NCBI GenBank assembly: GCA_963730655.1
Contig: CAVSSI010000009.1
Span: 181,141-245,140, forward strand
Origin: an uncultured Bacteroidota bacterium
GTDB lineage: Bacteria > Bacteroidota > Bacteroidia > Chitinophagales > Chitinophagaceae
DNA length: 64,000 nt
Reading direction: 5' to 3'
Shown here: positions 57,328 through 64,000 of the stretch, in pieces
Layout: the number at the start of each line of letters is the position of its first letter
Position numbering within the stretch: position 1 is the stretch's first letter
The notes under the pieces: model-generated
Seen by the model: the letters and a program-made list of their open reading frames with translations, nothing else
The model's database searches: none
What the model was told of the DNA's origin: nothing
Translations under genes and position numbers: made by a program

Positions 57328-58035
57328 ATGATGAAGATATCATTTGAAAAAATCAAACTATTGGCATTGTGGGTCACAATTTCGGTTTTATTAGTAATTA
57401 CATTTTTCCAATTCTGGAGGCCAACATATTTTTATAATAGCCCACAGTTTTCTTTGAAAACTCCAGATGAATACACAAATATTTTTAATGATAGTTCCAA
57501 ATCAAAATTAATATTGAAGCAAAGTTATTTATTGAATGGTAGGAACCCATATTCAATATTCATTTATGATAACAAATATTCTATTTTAGAATATAAATTG
57601 AATGTGCTCCCAAAAAAAACTCTTAAAAGTCTGATTTTTGACGATGTTTCGGGAATTCAAAAGCCCTTATTTGGATATGCTTCGGTTGAAGCAGGAGATG
57701 GTAGATTGGATTTACATCTAATGCCCAAAACAATTCCTGATAACAAGGATTTATTAGTTACACTTTACGGAAATTCAGTAGTTAATGATTTAAATTCACC
57801 AAATGTATATTCATGTAATTTTAATATGAATTGTATTATTTTTAGTTATAAAAATAGTCATCAGATAGATTTTATGCTTGAAAATAAATATCCATCAAGC
57901 AAATTTGTTAAAATAGGAATGATTTACATTAATAAGGGAACTGACCTTTTTATAATTTTTATAAATCAAATAGCGAGTTCTTCATATGACCTAATTAGTA
58001 ATCCTAAGCAATTATTCAAGAAGTTTTATTTCTAA
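57328..58035 (+). CDS. AT-rich hypothetical protein with N-terminal TM
   Basis: 235 aa uninterrupted; visibly lower GC than the flanks. Confidence 0.7.
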   Translation: MMKISFEKIKLLALWVTISVLLVITFFQFWRPTYFYNSPQFSLKTPDEYTNIFNDSSKSKLILKQSYLLNGRNPYSIFIYDNKYSILEYKLNVLPKKTLKSLIFDDVSGIQKPLFGYASVEAGDGRLDLHLMPKTIPDNKDLLVTLYGNSVVNDLNSPNVYSCNFNMNCIIFSYKNSHQIDFMLENKYPSSKFVKIGMIYINKGTDLFIIFINQIASSSYDLISNPKQLFKKFYF

Positions 58036-58048
58036 TATTTAGCTAACC

Positions 58049-58579
58049 ATGTCTAATGACAACGTAAGTTCTTTGAAGCGGGTAAAGAAGTTTTATTTAT
58101 TGAGTTTGTTTTGTCTTATCCCTGCATTCGGAATAATTGTTGGGATTATATTAATAATATATGCACTATTTGTATTTAAAAATATTAAATTATTAATAGT
58201 TGTTTTGATTTCATTATGTGGTGGCATTATTATTATGGAACTAGACAAGAATTATTTAAAGAATGAACTAATGCATAGTAAAATTTCTGATGATAATTTT
58301 TCCAAATTCGCTATTGAGCATCTGGATGAAATAGCAAGTAGGCTTGAAGATTATAAAATGGAAAATCGCAAATATCCTGATAGTTTAAAACAACTTAAGA
58401 TAAGGTATCCAGAATTAATAATAATAGATCCGTTATTAGCAAGAAATACGATGGCTCCAAAGGAAATAAGTTATTATTATAGTCGGTTTGGAGAAAAATA
58501 TATTCTTTTTTCAGCTGGTATTGACGAAATTCCCAATACTAAAGATGATATATTTCCGCGAAAACCTATAAAGCCATAA
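58049..58579 (+). CDS. AT-rich membrane protein with GspG(T2SSG)-like C-terminus
   Basis: 2-3 TM segments; LEDYK..YPDSL..IDP..YILFSAGIDEIPNTKDDI resembles the pseudopilin C-terminal motif. Confidence 0.65.
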   Translation: MSNDNVSSLKRVKKFYLLSLFCLIPAFGIIVGIILIIYALFVFKNIKLLIVVLISLCGGIIIMELDKNYLKNELMHSKISDDNFSKFAIEHLDEIASRLEDYKMENRKYPDSLKQLKIRYPELIIIDPLLARNTMAPKEISYYYSRFGEKYILFSAGIDEIPNTKDDIFPRKPIKP

Positions 58580-58585
58580 TAAACA

Positions 58586-61021
58586 TTATTCCGAACGCAG
58601 GGTGGTTATCTGGTTCGACCAGGCAGCTTTGACTGCCTGGAAACTGACGGTACCCAGAGCGATTAAAATGGCGAGCAAACCCGTAGACAGAAACATCCAG
58701 CCGTTGATGGGCGTTTTGTAGGCAAACCCATCCAGCCAGCTATGCATGCCGTACCAGGCAATAGGGGTAGCGATGACTATTGCGATCAAAATGATCCGGA
58801 CAAAATCCTTCGACAATAGCCCAACGATGCTCCCGACCGAAGCACCTAACACTTTCCGTATACCGATTTCTTTCACGCGTTGTTCAGCAGCGAAAGCTGA
58901 GAGGCCGAACAAACCCATACATGCAATAAGAACCGCCACCGCGGTAAAGTAGCCCACAATACCAGACGCACGCTGGTCCTTTTCATAATTCTTTTGAAAA
59001 TCCTTGTCCAGAAATGAGTACACAAAAGGTATTCCGGGATTGACCCTGCTCCAGGCCGTTTTCATTTCCGCTAAAGTATGTGCATAATCTTTTGTGGACA
59101 GGTTGGCAATAACATAGCTATGCTTGTTGCCGAAAGAAGTGTTGAACGCAAATGGCTTTATGGGATTGTACAGACTTTCAAAATTGAAGTCCCTGACAAT
59201 ACCGACAATCTGCATAATATTATGCGAACCCTGGAAATCACAATAAATATTTTTTCCGACAGCTGATTCCACCTGGTAACCCAACTGGCGAATGGCGGAC
59301 TCGTTCAAAACAACACGGTTGGAATCGGCGGTAAACTCCTTTGAAAACCACCTGCCCGCCACGAGTTTAAAACCCAGTGTTTCAAAATAACCGTTTTCCA
59401 CGTTCGCAAGGGATACATCCACTACATCCTTTACCGATTTACCCTCGGCATAAAAAAGCAAATCGTCAATATTCGTTATCCCCGGGTAGGTAGATCCGCT
59501 GGTTACGTTTTTAATGCCCGGGTTTTTCAAAAGTTCATCTCTGAGCGGCTGGTAATTTTTTATTGCGTCCGGACTTTGCAGGGGCAAAATAATTTGCTGG
59601 TTTTTGTTAAAACCCAGCTCCCGGCTGTCCATGAACTGTAATTGACGAAGGACAATGGTAACCCCTAAGATGAGGCAGATGGAAATGACAAACTGGAACA
59701 CCACGAGGCCTTTTCGAATAGCCGTTGCGGAAAAATTATTGACCAGCCTGCCCTTAAGCACGGCAATGGGCCGGAAGGAAGACAGGTAGAAAGCGGGGTA
59801 AACGCCGGATAAAATTCCTGTGCCCAGGGTGAGGACGGAAATCCAAAACCATATTCCCGGCTGATGTGAAATGGACAGGTTTTTTTGGGTCAGGTTGTTC
59901 GTGATGGGCAATAAAACCGTCGCGATTACCAGTGCCAGCATTAAAGCCAGACCACTCATGATGATCGACTCAACAAGGAATTGATACACTAAGGAACTCT
60001 TTTCCGCACCCAGCACTTTACGAACACCAACCTCCTTCGCCCGTTTCATGGACCTGGCCGTGGACAGGTTCATGAAATTAATACACGCAATAAGTAAAAC
60101 AAAAAAAGCGATACTGCCCAATATATACAAATAGGTGATGCTTCCATTCGGGGCGATTTCCGCGTCGAGACTGGAGTGCAGGTAAATATCAGGTAACGCT
60201 TGTATAGATAGCTGTCGGGAAATGCCCATCGCTTTTAAATCCACACCGGCACGGCGTTCAATAAAGGGTTGAAGTTTTCTCTCAAATTGTTTTGGATCGG
60301 AGCGGTCTTTTAATTTTACATAGGTGTAAAATATATTATTCGTGGCCCAATTGGTTTGTGCTGAAACCCAGGTGCCGATATCCCCATTCCTCATGGAAAG
60401 AAAGAAACGGGCAGGGATATGGGATTTAATTTTTGAATCGTCGAAAACACCTTTAACTGTATAAGTGAAACTGCCGAAGGGCAATCCGACAACGATCGCT
60501 TTGTTGACCGGATTTTCACTGCCGAATATTTTACGTGAAATTTCATTCGAAATAACGATGCTGTTCGGTGTGGTCAGTGCCTTCAGTGCGTTGCCGTATA
60601 TGAAGTCGTAAGAAAAAACTTCGAAAAAATTGGAATCCACATAATAACCATTGGTTTCATAAAACTGCTTAACGGTAGTGCCTTCTTCGTATTTCAATAA
60701 CATTTTTTCAAGGGAAGGAAATTTCAGAAGGCGTGTCGCCTGCTCCACTTCAGAAATATCAGATTTTAATCCCCAGGCCATGGGGGCCGAAGTGGGTGCC
60801 CATCCCTTGCCGTTATTTATTTTTTTGTCCGCCTGATAGACTATCCTGTATATCCGGTCTGCACTTTTATTATGCATGTCGTAACCAAGCTCACTGAAAA
60901 TATATGTGATCATCAGGATGCAGGTAGCCAGGCCAATGGCCAAACCAAAAATATTGATGAACGAAATCACTTTATTTCCTTTCAGGTTCCTGTAGGCAAT
61001 CTTGAAATAGTTTTTGAACAT
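58586..61021 (-). CDS. MacB/FtsX-family ABC permease (811 aa, duplicated)
   Basis: MFKNYFKIAYRNL, INIFGLAIG, IACINFMNL, RAKEVGVRKVLGA, EQRVKEIGIRKVLGAS, LRSE. Confidence 0.93.
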   Translation of the reverse strand: MFKNYFKIAYRNLKGNKVISFINIFGLAIGLATCILMITYIFSELGYDMHNKSADRIYRIVYQADKKINNGKGWAPTSAPMAWGLKSDISEVEQATRLLKFPSLEKMLLKYEEGTTVKQFYETNGYYVDSNFFEVFSYDFIYGNALKALTTPNSIVISNEISRKIFGSENPVNKAIVVGLPFGSFTYTVKGVFDDSKIKSHIPARFFLSMRNGDIGTWVSAQTNWATNNIFYTYVKLKDRSDPKQFERKLQPFIERRAGVDLKAMGISRQLSIQALPDIYLHSSLDAEIAPNGSITYLYILGSIAFFVLLIACINFMNLSTARSMKRAKEVGVRKVLGAEKSSLVYQFLVESIIMSGLALMLALVIATVLLPITNNLTQKNLSISHQPGIWFWISVLTLGTGILSGVYPAFYLSSFRPIAVLKGRLVNNFSATAIRKGLVVFQFVISICLILGVTIVLRQLQFMDSRELGFNKNQQIILPLQSPDAIKNYQPLRDELLKNPGIKNVTSGSTYPGITNIDDLLFYAEGKSVKDVVDVSLANVENGYFETLGFKLVAGRWFSKEFTADSNRVVLNESAIRQLGYQVESAVGKNIYCDFQGSHNIMQIVGIVRDFNFESLYNPIKPFAFNTSFGNKHSYVIANLSTKDYAHTLAEMKTAWSRVNPGIPFVYSFLDKDFQKNYEKDQRASGIVGYFTAVAVLIACMGLFGLSAFAAEQRVKEIGIRKVLGASVGSIVGLLSKDFVRIILIAIVIATPIAWYGMHSWLDGFAYKTPINGWMFLSTGLLAILIALGTVSFQAVKAAWSNQITTLRSE

Positions 61022-61070
61022 GGCCTTTCTTTAAATGAAGTTGACGTAATATTTATTCCCAGCAAAGAAT

Positions 61071-61170
61071 TCAACTTAGGTGCCAACGTATAACAATTTA
61101 TTTATCAATGATTTGTGAACCAATCAGGTTCCCGCAATGTGCGTTATCGATACAGTGGTGTGCGGGAACA
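61071..61170 (-). promoter_or_regulatory. Candidate sigma54 promoter with IHF site and enhancer sites
   Basis: Minus strand TTGGCACCTAAGTTGA (61071-61086); TATCAAtgatTTG (61103-61115) fits WATCAANNNNTTR; TGTGCG-ttatc-GATACA (61138-61154) and a second TGTGCG near 61159. Confidence 0.6.
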
Positions 61171-61428
61171 TCCGATTCTGGTTAGTATGTGCTGCAGATT
61201 ATTGGCTACTGCACAGAAAGAAAAGGAATAGTATGCTGTATTCCGACTGCTCTGCGTACATTTAAAATATTTTCATCCGGTAAAATCCCGCCTGTGCAGC
61301 AAATGTCAACCATTAAGCATTCGTCAGGGAACAGCCGTTTTCATTTTGGCTGCGGAACGTTTTACAACAGGAACGGCGGGTGATCATCAATCATGTTTTC
61401 AAATTGCATTCAAAGCTAAAAATAAAAT

Positions 61429-63161
61429 ATGCCTGGAGATTCGATACTGATCAATAATAAAGCGGTTGCGCAGAATACCTATGATGCCATTGTAATCGGT
61501 TCCGGTATCAGCGGAGGATGGGCCGCCAAAGAACTAACGGAAAAAGGACTTCGGGTATTGATGCTGGAAAGAGGTCCGAGGCTGGATCATATCACCGGAT
61601 ATAAAACAGCTTCTTATAATCCCTGGGATTTTCCGCACCGGGGTGCAGCTACCGTAAAACAAAAAGCCGACAACCCGGTAATATCCAGGGACTGGGCCAT
61701 GTATGGAACTGCGGCCCAGGAAGCGATAATGGGATACTGGGTGAATGAAAAGGATTGTCCTTATGTTGAAAAAAGACCTTTCACCTGGTGGAGAAGTTAT
61801 CAGATGGGCGGACGTTCCATTCTCTGGGGCAGGCAATGTTATCGCTGGAGTGATCTGGATTTTGAAGCCAATCTAAGAGATGGAATTGCCATTGACTGGC
61901 CGATCCGGTATAAGGATCTTGAAAAATGGTATGATTATGTCGAAACTTTCGCCGGCATCAGTGGTTCAAAAGAAGGACTGGCACATTTGCCCGATGGTAT
62001 TTTTCTTCCACCCATGGATCTGAACTGTGTGGAAAAAGATGTTGCAGCGAGGATAAAAGAATTTTATAAAGGACAACGGCATATGTTCATCGGTCGTGTA
62101 GCCAATCTCACGGAAGCCATTCCGGGAAGAACGAAATGCCAGTTCAGAAACCGGTGCTGGGAAGGTTGTCCCTTCGGAGGTTATTTCAGCACGCAGTCTT
62201 CCACCTTGCCGGCGGCGATGGCGACGGGAAAATTGACCGTGCGGCCCTATTCCATCGTAACCCGGATCCTCTACGATAAAAATTCGAAAAAAGCCACGGG
62301 TGTGGAAGTACTCGATTCGGAAACGAATAAGACCTATGAATTTCATTCCAAAATTGTTTTTGTAAATGCATCCACCCTGAACAGCGCCTGGGTGCTGATG
62401 AATTCCGCAACGGATATCTGGCCGGAAGGACTCGGGCAGCAGCAGCGGAGAACTGGGCCACAATATCATGGACCATCATTATATGCTGGGTGCACAGGGT
62501 ACAGTGGAAGGATATGAGGATAAATATTATTACGGAAGAAGGGCAAATGGATTTTATATTCCGCGATTTGCGAATCTGTTTGGAGATAAAAGAAATTTTC
62601 TCCGTGGATATGGTTACCAGGGAAGCGCCAGCAGGCAGGACTGGAGCCGGGATGTTGCGGAAATAAATATTGGTGCTGAATTTAAAGAAGCGCTGTACTG
62701 AACCCGGTGGCTGGGCGATCGGTGCAACCGGCTTCGGAGAAATTTTACCTTATCATGATAATCAGATCAGTTTGAATAAAGAAGTGAAAGATAAATGGGG
62801 ACTTCCGGTACTCACCATGGATGCCGGTCTGAAAGAGAATGAAATGAATATGCGCAAGGATATCATTAAAGAACTGGTGGCGATGTTTGAAGCAGCCGGC
62901 GTAAAAAATATTACTACCTGGGATAAGGATTATGCAATCGGTCAGGGCATTCATGAAATGGGATCGGCGAGAATGGGACGGGATCCGAAAACCTCGGTGC
63001 TGAATGCCAATAACCAGGTCTGGGATGCCAAAAATGTATTTGTAACGGACGGGGCCTGTATGGTATCCAGTGCCTGTCAGAATCCGTCACTGACTTATAT
63101 GGCACTTACTGCGCGCGCTGCAGATTTTGCAGTAAGTGAAATGAAAAAGGGGAACCTGTAA
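61429..63161 (+). CDS. GMC-family FAD oxidoreductase (frameshifted)
   Basis: YDAIVIGSGISGGWAAKEL, MGGRSILWGRQ, DWPIRY, CQFRNRCWEGCP, IHEMGSARMG, QNPSLTYMAL. Confidence 0.92.
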
Positions 63162-63355
63162 AATCGGAAAAAGACGAAAAAACCGGGACTATTCTTTTAA
63201 CATCCTTTTTTATGTCACAAATCTTTATTGTTCAATCTGGCCTGCAGTTTGATCTGGTCAGGATGTCTGTCAAATAATGAACGAATGAAGCAGATGCAAT
63301 AACCTGACGCAACGGAATCTTCCCTCCTTACGTACTCACTAAAAAGAAATTTACT

Positions 63356-63724
63356 ATGAAATACAGAATGTTGTTATTCAGTTTGATGCTCCTGGCAACA
63401 GCCGGTATATTTGTTATCTCCTGCAGTAAAAGCAGCAAAAGTTACAATCCGGGCGGCGGTGGTAACCCCCCCCCTCCATCGAATTCAGTAAACATTCAGA
63501 ATATGGCTTTTTCTCCGGCTACTTTGAGTGTTACAGCCGGTACTACGGTTACCTGGACAAATAATGATGCTATGGCGCATACAGTAACCACTGACAATAC
63601 CGGTTTTGATAGTGGGAATATAGCTCCGGGGGCTACTTATACGCACAAATTTACTACTGCGGGTACCGTCGCTTACCATTGCACAATTCATCCGGGTATG
63701 ACGGCTTCGGTTTCTGTGCATTAA
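63356..63724 (+). CDS. Cupredoxin (plastocyanin/amicyanin-like) lipoprotein
   Basis: Lipobox VISC; AFSPATLSV, WTNND..AHTVT, YHCTIHPGM type-1 Cu ligands. Confidence 0.9.
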   Translation: MKYRMLLFSLMLLATAGIFVISCSKSSKSYNPGGGGNPPPPSNSVNIQNMAFSPATLSVTAGTTVTWTNNDAMAHTVTTDNTGFDSGNIAPGATYTHKFTTAGTVAYHCTIHPGMTASVSVH

Positions 63725-63768
63725 ATCGCCGCTGGTAATTACATATATTCACCTGGATAAGTCCCGGG

Positions 63769-63850
63769 GCTATAGGCTCGAGCATTACGCTTTAAGCTTT
63801 TTGCTCTGGGATTTATGCATTGGGCTTTACGCTTTATGCATTAAGCCTTA
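63769..63850. repeat. Degenerate 7-bp array (GCWTTAN, ~12 units) overlapping the AraC C-terminus
   Basis: GCATTAC GCTTTAA GCTTTTT GCTCTGG GATTTAT GCATTGG GCTTTAC GCTTTAT GCATTAA GCCTTA. Confidence 0.7.
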
Positions 63851-64000
63851 GTTGACGCATCTCCTGATAATACTTCCGGTGATTGAGCGGTGTTCTGCCG
63901 GCGATGATTTTGAAATGCCGGTTGAAATTCGAAAAATTATTGAAACCGCTTTCATAGCAGATATCGGCCACCGTTTTTTCCGATTCGGCCAGTAGTTTAC
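63834..64000 (-). CDS. AraC-family regulator, C-terminal fragment
   Basis: Own translation KLLAESEKTVADICYESGFNNFSNFNRHFKIIAGRTP..; runs off the window. Confidence 0.85.
   Translation of the reverse strand, partial: KLLAESEKTVADICYESGFNNFSNFNRHFKIIAGRTPLNHRKYYQEMRQLRLNA

Noticed and set aside
63312-63330. Possible attR copy of the tRNA-Ser 3' end (GAATCTTCCCTCC)
   Set aside because: Too short and degenerate; no integrase in the window.

Overview
Chromosomal segment of a Bacteroidota bacterium, Chitinophagaceae-like by protein style and TAnnTTTG -7 promoter boxes (inference). It carries the dcw cluster (murE-mraY-murD-ftsW-murG-murC-ftsQ-ftsA-ftsZ), then housekeeping genes (M16 peptidase pair, ABC systems, fatty-acid oxidation, metG, two S66 LD-carboxypeptidases, oxyR, kup, purQ, dsbD, ECF sigma, uvrA, glyA, dnaA), tRNA-Ser(GCT) and a short accessory tail. 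Many genes, including essential ones, are split by single-base indels, dense in 1-39 kb and sparse after; I read these as long-read errors and give merged, approximate coordinates. The strongest unexplained signal is a set of more than 15 short tandem arrays with period 7, 8 or 11 bp at gene junctions. Their unit sequences differ but their architecture is shared: several form inverted pairs, and some supply start/stop codons, fill promoter spacers or lie inside an essential CDS. Other leads: a membrane-anchored TPR-CHAT protease flanked by two unknown Cys-containing lipoproteins; a 56-codon ORF upstream of dnaA whose start is predicted to be base-paired; two coupled sORFs; a multi-hairpin element behind tRNA-Ser; and a sigma54/IHF/enhancer module before an orphan ABC permease. 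No CRISPR, rRNA, integrase or transposase was seen.
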